The notes below the pieces were generated by a model. That model saw nothing but the letters and a program-made list of their open reading frames with translations. It was not told the origin of the DNA and made no database searches. Shown piece after piece: positions 22,057 through 31,656 of a stretch of 64,000 bases of DNA (positions within the stretch are counted from its first letter, which is position 1; every line of letters begins with the position of its first letter). Source of the stretch: Betaproteobacteria bacterium HGW-Betaproteobacteria-12. Its GTDB lineage: Bacteria; Pseudomonadota; Gammaproteobacteria; Burkholderiales; Rhodocyclaceae. The DNA lies in NCBI GenBank assembly GCA_002842345.1, contig PHCU01000018.1, positions 2,404 through 66,403 of the forward strand. Reading direction: 5' to 3'. The translations under genes were made by a program, and so were the position numbers.

Positions 22057-23394
22057 CTAATTGTTGTTCAGCGAAGCAAGCTGCTGAGAGAGATACGTGC
22101 CGGTAGTCTGCAGGCTGCTGACTAGCGTGTCCAGTGCAGTAAATTGCGCACGATAGCGCTTTTCGATGGAATCGAGTCGAAACTGCAACCGCTCCTTATC
22201 GGCGGCCAGCAGGCTGACGGAACGGTTGAGGCCATCGACCCGGCTGGCGATCAGGCCCTTCGTGCCGATAACCCGTTCGATGGCATCGGCGAATGTGTTG
22301 CCGAAAGCCTCGAGGGTCTTCTGTACATCACTGAAGGAAGAATTGATGGCCGCCGTCAGCTTGGTGCTGTCCACCGACATCTGTCCGTCCTTCTGCACTG
22401 AAATGCCCAACGATGAAAGGGTTTCGAACGGCGTTCCGTCCAGTGCGTCAGGTGTGCCAGTCCGCGCCTGATTGAGAATCTGCATCACGGTGCGTACCGT
22501 CGATTCTGCATTCAGGGGTTTGCCGGTCTTGGTCGTCGCATCGTAGGCAGAGTCGCTCTTGATGCGATTGATGGCATCGTTGTAGGCTTTGACGAAGGCA
22601 TTGACCGTTTCGCTGGCCTTGCTGGTGTCACGGGCAACGGTCAGTTCGCTGGTGCCGACCTTGGTCAGGGTCAGGGTCAGGCCGTTGACCGCCGTGGACA
22701 AGGTGTTGGTGCTGGAGGTGACCAGCACGCCGTCGATCCGGGCCTGGGCGTTCTGGGCGTTGGTGCTGAATGGGTTGGCGAGATCGAAACTGGCCAACGA
22801 CTGCACGTTGGCATCGGCCGAATCGACGGTCATGGTGAACGCACCGGCCGTCCCGGCGGTAGTGCTGGTCAGCACCAATCGGTCTCCGCTGTCCCCGGAG
22901 ATGACCGAGGCGGTGACGCCGATGTTTGCAGTATTGATGGCCGCCCGGACATCGACCAGACTATTGCTGCCAGTCAGTTCGACATCCTTGTCGACGCCGT
23001 TGATGGTGAAGGTTAGTGTGCCCGCACCAAAAGTGGTATTGCTCGCATAGGCGGTATTGGAATAGCGTTTTTGCGCTGTGGCTAGATTGATCACTTCCAC
23101 CGAGTACGTCCCGGCGCTGGCGAAGAAGCTAGCCTGCGCCGAGGCGATGGTGGTATCGCTGGCCGTCGCCGAAAAAGCCGCCACCTTGTTTGGGTCGGCC
23201 AGTGCCCTGGCCGTAGTCTGCAGTGTCGACAGGGCAGATTTTAACTGGCCGTAGGATGACAGTTTGGCATTGAACGCCGATGTCCTGGAGTTCATTGCCG
23301 TCAGCGGCAGTTGCTCAAGCGACATCAGCTTGCTGACGATCGAGTTGGCATCGAGTCCAGTGCCGATACCGAGCGAGGAGATGGTTCCGGCCAT
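22057..23394 (-). CDS. fliD: Filament cap FliD
   Basis: ISSLGIGTGLDANSIV, GTYSVEVINLATAQ, RYRAQFTALD. Confidence 0.95.
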   Translation of the reverse strand: MAGTISSLGIGTGLDANSIVSKLMSLEQLPLTAMNSRTSAFNAKLSSYGQLKSALSTLQTTARALADPNKVAAFSATASDTTIASAQASFFASAGTYSVEVINLATAQKRYSNTAYASNTTFGAGTLTFTINGVDKDVELTGSNSLVDVRAAINTANIGVTASVISGDSGDRLVLTSTTAGTAGAFTMTVDSADANVQSLASFDLANPFSTNAQNAQARIDGVLVTSSTNTLSTAVNGLTLTLTKVGTSELTVARDTSKASETVNAFVKAYNDAINRIKSDSAYDATTKTGKPLNAESTVRTVMQILNQARTGTPDALDGTPFETLSSLGISVQKDGQMSVDSTKLTAAINSSFSDVQKTLEAFGNTFADAIERVIGTKGLIASRVDGLNRSVSLLAADKERLQFRLDSIEKRYRAQFTALDTLVSSLQTTGTYLSQQLASLNNN

Positions 23395-23429
23395 GATCTA
23401 CCTCCGGTAGATTGGGATGTTGCAATAAA

Positions 23430-23813
23430 CTATATTTTATCTCGCACGAACAGGCCTTGCAGCTTGTCGAGGGCGCGAGCGATGGCGACTACCTCTTCCG
23501 AGGGAATCTGACGGATTACATCCTGCGAGTTACGGTCGATCACTTTGACCATGAATCCAGCATTTTCGTCGATCGAGAAAGTAATGTCGCGGGTGGTCTG
23601 GGCAACGAATTTCTGGATGTTGTCGACCGCGTCGCGGACCTGCTTTTCGGATTCTTCGCGATTGGCTGAACGTGTTTCGGGGCTGCCTTCCAGTTTCACG
23701 GGCAACTCGGCTGGCGGGTTGCCGGTCCTTAATTCCGACTGGCCTGCCCCTTTGCCAGCGGGCTGGACTACAGGTAGCGGCTGGGCATTTGCCGTAATGG
23801 ACTGAATACTCAT
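23430..23813 (-). CDS. flaG: FlaG family protein
   Basis: FSIDE..VKVID..VIRQIPSEEV..GLF; strong RBS AAGGAGG before MSIQS. Confidence 0.9.
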   Translation of the reverse strand: MSIQSITANAQPLPVVQPAGKGAGQSELRTGNPPAELPVKLEGSPETRSANREESEKQVRDAVDNIQKFVAQTTRDITFSIDENAGFMVKVIDRNSQDVIRQIPSEEVVAIARALDKLQGLFVRDKI

Positions 23814-23833
23814 TTTTTTCCTCCTTACGTGCA

Positions 23834-23865
23834 AATGTGCGGGGGCCGCAAAGCCTCCGCACATT
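23834..23865 (-). terminator. Stem-loop after fliC (terminator or mRNA stabiliser)
   Basis: AATGTGCGGAGGC-TTTGCG-GCCCCCGCACATT, 13-bp stem with one mismatch. Confidence 0.6.
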
Positions 23866-23894
23866 CAGACTACTTACTGGGCGAACCGTTCAGC

Positions 23895-24689
23895 TTAGCC
23901 GCGGAGGAGCGTCAGCACGTTTTGCGGAATCGCGTTGGCCTGGGCCACCATCGCCGTACCGGACTGTTGCAGGATCTGGGCACGGGTCAGGTTGGCGGTT
24001 TCGGCGGCGAAGTCGGCGTCCATGATGCGGCTACGGGCGGCGTACTGGTTTTCACGCGAGGTTTCCAATTGCTGGATGCGGAACTGCAGGGCACCCATTA
24101 CGCCGCCGACGTTGGCGCGTTGCGACGAGACCGTGTTGATGGCGCTATCGATGGCGGTCAGCGCGGTCGAGGCGGCACCGGAGGTGCTGACGTTGCCGGT
24201 CGGTGAGGTCACGCTGGTAAAAGTGGCGCTGAGTGTCTGCGATGCCGTGGTGCCGACCTGGAAGCTGAAGGAACTGAAAACGGAGCGGTTGTTCAGGGTG
24301 GCTGCACCTTGCAGGTCGGTGATCTGAGTCTGCAACTGCGAGAATTCCTGATTCAGGTAGCCGCGTTCGGTGTCGCCGATGGTGCCGTTCAGGGATTGAA
24401 CGGCCAGTTCGCGCATCCGTTGCAGAATTTCAGCGACGGTACCGAGGGCGCCGTCAGCCGTTTGGCCGACCGAGATACCGTCCGAGGCGTTGCGGATTGC
24501 CACGGTCAGGCCGCGGGCATCAGCTTCCATCCGCGAGGCGACGGCCAGGCCGGCTGCATCGTCGCGGGCCGAGTTGATACGCAGACCAGAGGACAGACGC
24601 TCAATGGCGGTGCTCAGGCCTTGCGAGTTCTTGTTCAGATTCTTCTGAGCGTTCAGAGAATATGTGTTGGTGAAGATTACTTGTGCCAT
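23895..24689 (-). CDS. fliC: Flagellin (264 aa, minimal)
   Basis: ERLSSGLRINSARDDAAGL, LQRMRELAVQS, SRIMDADFAAETANLTRAQILQQ. Confidence 0.97.
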   Translation of the reverse strand: MAQVIFTNTYSLNAQKNLNKNSQGLSTAIERLSSGLRINSARDDAAGLAVASRMEADARGLTVAIRNASDGISVGQTADGALGTVAEILQRMRELAVQSLNGTIGDTERGYLNQEFSQLQTQITDLQGAATLNNRSVFSSFSFQVGTTASQTLSATFTSVTSPTGNVSTSGAASTALTAIDSAINTVSSQRANVGGVMGALQFRIQQLETSRENQYAARSRIMDADFAAETANLTRAQILQQSGTAMVAQANAIPQNVLTLLRG

Positions 24690-24764
24690 TTTGAACTCCT
24701 TCGCAAAAGGTTGATTTTCCTGGGCAGCGAGTTTTGTTTCGTCTTACTCCTGCCCTTGAGTTCA

Positions 24765-24791
24765 TTAACGAACTGCTGCCATAAAACTTTA
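24765..24791 (-). promoter_or_regulatory. Sigma-28 promoter of fliC
   Basis: Minus strand TAAAGTTT-N11-TTCGTTAA. Confidence 0.8.
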
Positions 24792-24800
24792 GGAAAATTT

Positions 24801-27800
24801 TCAGTCGGGTAAATGGGCTCGCACCCAGTCTGCCGGATGGTCCTCTAGGATGAAGTTCCTGCCGACCCAGTCCTTCATGGCCAGTCCTTCACGGGTGGTT
24901 GCCTCGGGGTCGTGAATGCGTTCGCGCACGGCCTCGATCCAGGCGGATGGATCGTTCGGAACGCGGTAGGCCGGGGAGTTGCGGTAGGGATCGATATCCG
25001 TACAGACGACGGGCAGGCCTAGTGCGCCATACTCAAGCAAGCGGAGATTGCTCTTGCCGCGATTGAATGGGTGATCCTCAAGCGGCGCAACGGCAAGATC
25101 GAGATTGAGAGCGGCGAGCTTTGCCGGATAGGCGTTGAGCGGTACCAAGGGGTGATACTCGTGCACCAGGTGACGGATTTCTTCCGGACACATGCCAAAG
25201 AATACCCAGTCGGCGTCGTCGCGGGTGGCCTCGATGACCGGCTTCAGCAGTTCCAGATCGGCCTGGTGTCCCGAACCGCCGGCCCAGCCAATACGTGGGC
25301 GGGGACCGGTGCGCTGATTGGTCTCCAGGGTCAGCCAGGTGCCGCGCTGGAGACGGTTGGGAACGATGCGGATGTCGTCGATGAAGTGACAATAGACTTC
25401 TGCCAGGTAGTCTGTACTGACTACCAGGCGATCGCAGTCGCGCAGGGCAATCTTGAATCGGCTCCGGGCATCGGCGGGAACGAGGTGGCGGAAATGGCTT
25501 TTCAGCGGCATGTCCGTCATCAGGTCATCGCAAGCGTAAACAATGAAGGCCTCGGGTGAGAAGCGCCGGTACTGATGCAGCTCAGCCAGGCGAATGTCGG
25601 TGAGGAAATTCTGGACGATGTAACTGTCCGCACCGAGACGCGCAATCTCGATCGGATTCATCGCCTGGTCGATAGGGAAAGACTCGCATCCCTGGATCAG
25701 GCCGGCCGCCCGTGCGGCACGCATCGGCATGCTGACCCGGTAGCTGCCCTGGCCATTGGCCAGGGTGCGGGCGAACAGTTTCGGCAGTTTGGTCGGCATG
25801 TAGCGCCAGCTTGGCAAGTAATCAATCTCCGGCAGATGGGCGGCCGAGGCGAGGCTGATGTTGGGGCTGCGCAGGTCGTCGCTGACCATCGCCTTTCGCC
25901 AGCGTCGCTGTAGCACCTTCAGCGAGCCATCGTCGGCCAGCTGCCGGGCGGCCTCGCGGCTCGGGTCTGGTGGCAGGGATTGGTTGAGTTCCTGATAGCT
26001 GACGACCGTTACGGCCGGCGTGCAAACGATGGACAGGTCGCGCTGGCGCAGTTTCAGGCTGAGATCGATTTCGGCATGGAGGCCTGCCAGTTCCGCGGCA
26101 TCAAAACCGCCGATTTCAAGGAAGTGCGACTTGCGCAGCATCAGGCAGGAGGCCGGGGCCGCCACCACCTGGCGCGTGGTTTGCAGGCCGTGCAGTTCAC
26201 CGTCATCGGAAAATTTGAGCTGTCCCTTGTGCGGCGAGCCGATGATGCCGCCCAGGCCGAAGGTGTAGCCGACGTTCTCGATCAAGCCGCTATGCGGTTG
26301 TACAAGCCGGGGCATGACGGCGCCGACGCCGGGACGGAGGCAGTGCCCGAGCAATTGTTGCAGCCAGTTTTCCTGCAGGATCTGCGTCTCTTCCTTGAGT
26401 AGCAGCAGGATGTCGCCCGATGCCTCGCTGGCAGCGAGATTGATGGCGGCGGCAAACGGGCTGGTGCCGACGTCAATGATCTTGCACGGACGTTCGGCGC
26501 GGCTGGCCAGTTCCTGCAGCCAGGCGAGCAGTTCGTTGTCGGCATGGCCGAGGTCGAAGGCAATGACCAGTTCGAAGGCGGGGTAGTCGGTTTTGGCCAA
26601 AATGCTGTCGACGCAGGGCTTCAGGAACTCCAGAGCATTCAGGCTGCGGAGCAGGATGGAGATGCCGGGGAGTTCGTTCAGGTGGTAGACAACCCGCCAA
26701 GTGCGATCTGAGGTGGGCATGACGTCGCAATCTTCGTCGAGCCGGGTAAGGTGACGAGCCAGGGCCTCCATGCAGGCGAGCGGGTTGCTTTCGCTTTGCT
26801 CAGGTAGGCTGACGAGGACATCGGAAAGGTGCCGGATATGCTCGGGGGCGTTGCTTTCCAGGAGGCGCAGCAGGAGGTCGTACCACGCGCAGCCGGTATC
26901 ACTGGCGACTCCACCGACCTGGCGCAGTATCTTCCGGTTGACGAACAACGTCCCGATCAGATCGGCCGAGCGTATGGAATCCGCATCAAGGTTGGTTTTG
27001 AACCTCGGCGAAGTCCGCGTGCCGTCAGGCGCAACCAGATCGTCGTCGGTATAGAAGGCGACGGCATCGGGGGCGCTTTCCCGTTCGATGGCGACACGCC
27101 ACAGGCACAGCGGGTCGAGGCGGGTGCCGACAGGTACTTCGATAACGTAGTCGCAGCCTTGGCTGAGAATCAGGAAGTCGAGTGCTGACTTTGCCTGGTC
27201 GGGATTGGCGAGCACCTGCCAGCCGAGATTGGGGATGTTCTCCATGCCGTCGGGGGCGTCCAGCGTGCTGACGATATCCGCTCGCCAGTTGCCGTAGAAC
27301 TGCATGTTCAGGCTCTCCAGCGTATCGGCAAGCAATGCTTCGTCGCCCGGTCGCAGGCGCAGGATGACCTGGAAACTTGGCGGATCCGACCCGAGCTGGC
27401 GGATGCCGGCCTCGATGAGCTGGATATCTTCGGCAATGAATTCACGCAGTTGGAGCCAGGCGCGGTAGTAGTCATCCATCCCCACCTGGCGCGAGGCTTC
27501 CTTGGGAATCCTCGCCTCGCCGGTCAGGGTGTCCATGCTCAGGCCCAGGCGCTGAGCCTGTTCCCGGAAGTAGACCCAGGTGCCAGCCACCCAGTTGCGA
27601 AAGCCGGGGCGCCGCTGGTTTTGACCTGGGTGCAGGCGGAAGCAGGCGATTGGTTCGGCGACGTAGGCCAGTTCGCCGCGCGACAGCATGTGTAGGGCCA
27701 GGCCGATGTCGCCGATGCCGACGAAACGTCGCCCGAAGAGCGACATGACGTCGGGTTCTGGAATCGCCAGCAGGTCCTTGCGCCGGAAAAGCATGACGGT

Positions 27801-28856
27801 TGGTTCGCCGAGATTATTGAAGCCGCTTTCGGCGATCTGGGCGATGACGGCAGCGCCCGGCAGGCGGGTTGACTGACCGGTGAGAGGCGGGCCAACGATT
27901 GCCTCATCGAGAAGCTGACCTTGTTCATCGATCGGCAGGCGTCGGCCAGAGGCCATACGGGCATCCGGTGTCTGCTGCAAGGCGGCTAGCAACTTTTCAA
28001 GACAATCGTCGAGGAGCAGGTCGTCATCGTAGAGCGGTTTGACGAACTCGCCCGTGGCCATATGAATGGCGTTGGTCAGGTTGCGTGCCTCACCGAGCGG
28101 CTTGGGGTTTCGCGCGTACACAATGCGCGGGTGGCGGGTGGCATATTCGCCGACGATGCGCTCGACATCCGGAGTGCTGCTGTCGTCGGAAATGACGATT
28201 TCCAGATTTTGGTGCGTTTGTGCCAGGGCGCTGTCCAGGCAAGCGCCGAGAAAATCCGGGCGATATGCCGGAATGACGATGGAAACCAGTGGCTGTTCGC
28301 TGATCTCGTCGATTCGCTTGCGCAGTTCCAGCGCTAATGCGTTCGCAGGTTCGGAGGGCAGGCCCGACTCCTGGAAGAAATCGCTGACCCCTGTGGGGCT
28401 GTGCCGGGCCGGCTCCAGTCCGGCAAACTCGCCCAGCCGTGCGAGTTCGACCTCGTCGCAGATCCAGGTGCGTCCCCAGCGACGCATGAAAGTATTCAGG
28501 TACTCGCCGCGGTTGTTGATCCATTTGGTGGTATTGGCCTGCTGGCTAGCGGTCTGCCAGTCGCCACTGACATAACTATCGACCAGTGCCGCCAGGTCGA
28601 CAGTGATGATGCGGATGACGCCTCCCGGTGACAGGATTCGCCGGCACTCGCGCAGGAATATCAGGAGTTCGGTCTGGGTCAGGCGTTCGACGAAGTTGTG
28701 ACAAACGATTCCTTCGACCGAACGGTCCGGGAAGGGAATGCCTTTGCGCACCCAGGGGCCGGGTTCGTCTTTCTTTTCATCGTAGGCGGGCAGGAAGCTC
28801 TCCGGAATATTGCCGCCGATGCTGATGCTCAAAAAAATGCCCTGTTTGTCTGTCAT
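24801..28856 (-). CDS. Giant multidomain flagellin glycosyltransferase (SAM-MTase-like + GT2 domains + C-terminal GT-B-like), FgtA-like
   Basis: N-terminal ECRRILSPGGVIRI; GT2 VSIVIPAY..ISDDSS..LYDDD; further GT2-like YTDDD and EIGGFD..EIDLSLK; C-terminal RIGWAGG..FNRGKSNLRLLEYG; adjacent to fliC. Confidence 0.8.
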   Translation of the reverse strand: MTDKQGIFLSISIGGNIPESFLPAYDEKKDEPGPWVRKGIPFPDRSVEGIVCHNFVERLTQTELLIFLRECRRILSPGGVIRIITVDLAALVDSYVSGDWQTASQQANTTKWINNRGEYLNTFMRRWGRTWICDEVELARLGEFAGLEPARHSPTGVSDFFQESGLPSEPANALALELRKRIDEISEQPLVSIVIPAYRPDFLGACLDSALAQTHQNLEIVISDDSSTPDVERIVGEYATRHPRIVYARNPKPLGEARNLTNAIHMATGEFVKPLYDDDLLLDDCLEKLLAALQQTPDARMASGRRLPIDEQGQLLDEAIVGPPLTGQSTRLPGAAVIAQIAESGFNNLGEPTVMLFRRKDLLAIPEPDVMSLFGRRFVGIGDIGLALHMLSRGELAYVAEPIACFRLHPGQNQRRPGFRNWVAGTWVYFREQAQRLGLSMDTLTGEARIPKEASRQVGMDDYYRAWLQLREFIAEDIQLIEAGIRQLGSDPPSFQVILRLRPGDEALLADTLESLNMQFYGNWRADIVSTLDAPDGMENIPNLGWQVLANPDQAKSALDFLILSQGCDYVIEVPVGTRLDPLCLWRVAIERESAPDAVAFYTDDDLVAPDGTRTSPRFKTNLDADSIRSADLIGTLFVNRKILRQVGGVASDTGCAWYDLLLRLLESNAPEHIRHLSDVLVSLPEQSESNPLACMEALARHLTRLDEDCDVMPTSDRTWRVVYHLNELPGISILLRSLNALEFLKPCVDSILAKTDYPAFELVIAFDLGHADNELLAWLQELASRAERPCKIIDVGTSPFAAAINLAASEASGDILLLLKEETQILQENWLQQLLGHCLRPGVGAVMPRLVQPHSGLIENVGYTFGLGGIIGSPHKGQLKFSDDGELHGLQTTRQVVAAPASCLMLRKSHFLEIGGFDAAELAGLHAEIDLSLKLRQRDLSIVCTPAVTVVSYQELNQSLPPDPSREAARQLADDGSLKVLQRRWRKAMVSDDLRSPNISLASAAHLPEIDYLPSWRYMPTKLPKLFARTLANGQGSYRVSMPMRAARAAGLIQGCESFPIDQAMNPIEIARLGADSYIVQNFLTDIRLAELHQYRRFSPEAFIVYACDDLMTDMPLKSHFRHLVPADARSRFKIALRDCDRLVVSTDYLAEVYCHFIDDIRIVPNRLQRGTWLTLETNQRTGPRPRIGWAGGSGHQADLELLKPVIEATRDDADWVFFGMCPEEIRHLVHEYHPLVPLNAYPAKLAALNLDLAVAPLEDHPFNRGKSNLRLLEYGALGLPVVCTDIDPYRNSPAYRVPNDPSAWIEAVRERIHDPEATTREGLAMKDWVGRNFILEDHPADWVRAHLPD

Positions 28857-30130
28857 GCCCTTGGCTTTCCATTGTCGTCTGTCAGGCACAGGCGGACCAT
28901 TTCCCGCACGCGCTCGCTATTATGATTGTCGCGATGGCGGAAAAAGAACTTCTCGCAGAGTTCCTGTTCCGCCGCGATTTTCCCGCTGGGGGCGGCAAGC
29001 CGCTCGCCGATCGCCTCGATCACCGCGACGAATGTGTGACAAACCGGGCCCGGAAAAACCAGGGAGAGGTCGTAGAGTAGGCCGTCCTGGTGGCGCTGGT
29101 AGTGCTCGATGTCGTAGCCGAAGCAGATTGCCGGCTTGCCCAGATACAGAGTCTCGATATAGACGCTCGAGTAATCGGTGACCAGCAGGTCGCATTCGCG
29201 CGCGATAGCCGAGAATTCCGGAACGATAGCCTGGGAGAAATCAAAGACCAGTTCGTTGTCGATATATCGATCGAGATTGAAGTACTCGTCGCTGTTCTTG
29301 AAATAATGCGGGCGGTAGCCCAGAACGGCATTGTTGGCACGTAGTACCGCCTTCAGCTGGGCGATCTCGCTGTCGGAAAACTGATAGTAATAGGCGTCGG
29401 GGCTAACGTCGGTTTGCCGGTAGGTGGGTGCATAGAGGACCAGTCTGCGGTTGTGCCGGATTGTCCGGATGCGTTCGATCGAACTGCGGATATAACCGGG
29501 TAGCTGCGTTTCGTCGTTGAGCAGGAAGTCGTTTCGCGGCAGGCCGGTCAGCCAGATCTGCCGATAGTTGAGCGGAAAGAACATGGCTGCCATGGCATAG
29601 CTGTCGATGTCGGACGAGGCGATCAGCCCGGCGTAGTGCTTGCGTTCCTCGAAGCGGTATTTGACCCGGTCGGTATGTTTCAGCGTTTGCTCATTGGTCG
29701 CGTAGAGCAGACGCTTGAGCGGAATACCATGCCACAGGTTGACCACCAGCCGGTGCTTCATGTCCAGCTTCAGGATGCTGAATTGCCGGCCGCCCCAGCG
29801 TAGCGAAAAGTCCATGGAAATCGAGTGGGTGACGAACAATACCTGGCAGCGGGCCAGAAGCAGAAAACTGCGCCAACTGCCCAGGCGCACAGCTTCGTGC
29901 CGAACGCCGCCCTCGATCTGCAGGTCGGGTGTCGGGCCGCGATAGAAGATGATCTTGCGGATCGCCGGATCATTCTTGATGTGTTCGAACAGCGCCCGCT
30001 GGTTTTCGATGAAACGGCCGGTGTGCAGGTGGTGCGTGGCAAAGGCCCAGTGATCGGGGCGCTTCGGCAGGAGTGCATCGACCAGCCGCCACAGTGGATG
30101 GAGTACGGCAAAAAGCAGGCGGTTCAGCAT
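28853..30130 (-). CDS. CDP-glycerol glycerophosphotransferase (TagF/TagB family)
   Basis: NLWHGIPLK, TGLPRND, LYAPTYR, LVTDYSSV. Confidence 0.88.
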   Translation of the reverse strand: MLNRLLFAVLHPLWRLVDALLPKRPDHWAFATHHLHTGRFIENQRALFEHIKNDPAIRKIIFYRGPTPDLQIEGGVRHEAVRLGSWRSFLLLARCQVLFVTHSISMDFSLRWGGRQFSILKLDMKHRLVVNLWHGIPLKRLLYATNEQTLKHTDRVKYRFEERKHYAGLIASSDIDSYAMAAMFFPLNYRQIWLTGLPRNDFLLNDETQLPGYIRSSIERIRTIRHNRRLVLYAPTYRQTDVSPDAYYYQFSDSEIAQLKAVLRANNAVLGYRPHYFKNSDEYFNLDRYIDNELVFDFSQAIVPEFSAIARECDLLVTDYSSVYIETLYLGKPAICFGYDIEHYQRHQDGLLYDLSLVFPGPVCHTFVAVIEAIGERLAAPSGKIAAEQELCEKFFFRHRDNHNSERVREMVRLCLTDDNGKPRA

Positions 30131-30148
30131 GGGGGGAATTCAGCCTGC

Positions 30149-30610
30149 TCAGTCGAAGCGTTCGACTATTGAGGAGATCAGGTCAAGTGCCTGCTTGAGT
30201 TCGCGAACGTGCGAGCGGTCGAGAACTTTCAGGGTTTTTCGGATATGGGTGCTGGATACGCCCTCGGTTCGTGGCAGGTAGACCACTTCGCAATGAAGCT
30301 TCAGCTCGTCAAACCGACCTTCCCAGTCGCTGCCCATGCCGAACACCGCGATATTGTGGCGCTGGATGTCGCCGACCTTCTGCTCCCAGTTCTCTTCGGG
30401 TATGGCCAGGTCGACGCAGCGTAGTGCGCCAACGATTTCTATCCGGTCGGAGAAGGGAACGACTGTCTTCTTTCCCTTGATCTCGTTGAATTCGTCCGTG
30501 GAGACGCCAACGATCAGGCGGTCACCCAGGGCGCGCAGTCGTTGTAGCAGGCTCAGGTGGCCGATGTGGAAAAGATCGAAGGTGCCATAGGTGAGTACTG
30601 TCTTTTGCAT
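30149..30610 (-). CDS. tagD: Glycerol-3-phosphate cytidylyltransferase (TagD-like)
   Basis: TYGTFDLFHIGH, VGVSTDEFN..KGK, MGSDWEG, YLPRTEGVSST. Confidence 0.88.
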   Translation of the reverse strand: MQKTVLTYGTFDLFHIGHLSLLQRLRALGDRLIVGVSTDEFNEIKGKKTVVPFSDRIEIVGALRCVDLAIPEENWEQKVGDIQRHNIAVFGMGSDWEGRFDELKLHCEVVYLPRTEGVSSTHIRKTLKVLDRSHVRELKQALDLISSIVERFD

Positions 30611-30615
30611 CGGGA

Positions 30616-31602
30616 TCAGGCCTCGGCAGGGGTCGCTAGGAGCACGGCCTCCCAGCCATTCAGCAATTGCACCCATTTGAAGGCGAACTTGTATTCCACC
30701 CCGGTGGCGGCAATGAGTTTCGGTATTTCGAACACGTCGTCCCACAGGTGGTAGACGCAAATTGCCAAGCGTGGCCTGAACCGCTTGATGGTCTTCAACG
30801 CGCCTTGCAGTGCCAGCCGCTCCGCGCCTTCGATATCCATCTTTATCAGGTTCACCTTGCTGATCGCCTGCGAGTCGACATAGTCGTCGATGGTAATTAC
30901 CTCGATCGCCTCTCCCGAGGAGTCGCCAAAGATCGACGTGGCTCCTTGCAGCGCGTGCGCCTTGACGTAGGCGTGGGTGCCGGAGGTCGCTCCGAGGGCG
31001 ACTCTGTTGATGATCACATTGCTCTTTATGTTATTTAGCTCGAGATTGAATTTGAAGAGGGAAATGTTTTCGTCCAGGACTTCGAATGCATGAATGGTGC
31101 AGTCGCCATCGGTTACCCGATCGAACAGAATCGGCGTATCGCCAACGAACGCCCCGGCGTCGATGATGACGTCGCCCGGATGGACCCTGAACTGGCCGTG
31201 CTGGTATTGGTCGTAATAGAAGTCGTGAATGCCCAGCATCCAGTTATAGGTTGCCAGCTTGGCTTTGTAGCCCTGAATTCCCAGATCCATCAGCTTGTAA
31301 GTCTTGTCGTTCAGCACAATCTCCGGGCATTGTTCCGACTTCACCCGATAGATCACGGCCATGTACTCGGTCAATTCGGTTTGGCTGACCGAATCAATAT
31401 TTGCCCATCGCTTGACGAACCACATCAGGAACCTGTGGCGGTCGTCCGGTTCGAGTTTTTCGTACAGGGAAGACGAAATCTCCGGCAATAGTGCTGAAAA
31501 CTTGTCGATCAGCAGCTGGTAGCGCCCTTGGTTATCCGGGGTGAACTGGGCGGCAAATGACTGCAGGTCGTATGCGAGCAAGGGCAGTTTACTGTGGGGC
31601 AT
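30616..31602 (-). CDS. FkbM-family methyltransferase
   Basis: IIDAGAFVGD, IKMDIEGAE, PRLAICVYH. Confidence 0.85.
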   Translation of the reverse strand: MPHSKLPLLAYDLQSFAAQFTPDNQGRYQLLIDKFSALLPEISSSLYEKLEPDDRHRFLMWFVKRWANIDSVSQTELTEYMAVIYRVKSEQCPEIVLNDKTYKLMDLGIQGYKAKLATYNWMLGIHDFYYDQYQHGQFRVHPGDVIIDAGAFVGDTPILFDRVTDGDCTIHAFEVLDENISLFKFNLELNNIKSNVIINRVALGATSGTHAYVKAHALQGATSIFGDSSGEAIEVITIDDYVDSQAISKVNLIKMDIEGAERLALQGALKTIKRFRPRLAICVYHLWDDVFEIPKLIAATGVEYKFAFKWVQLLNGWEAVLLATPAEA

Positions 31603-31656
31603 CGTATTTCCACTGCATGTTCATGGCGCTCTCGATTCGAAGTGTTCTGTAGTTGC

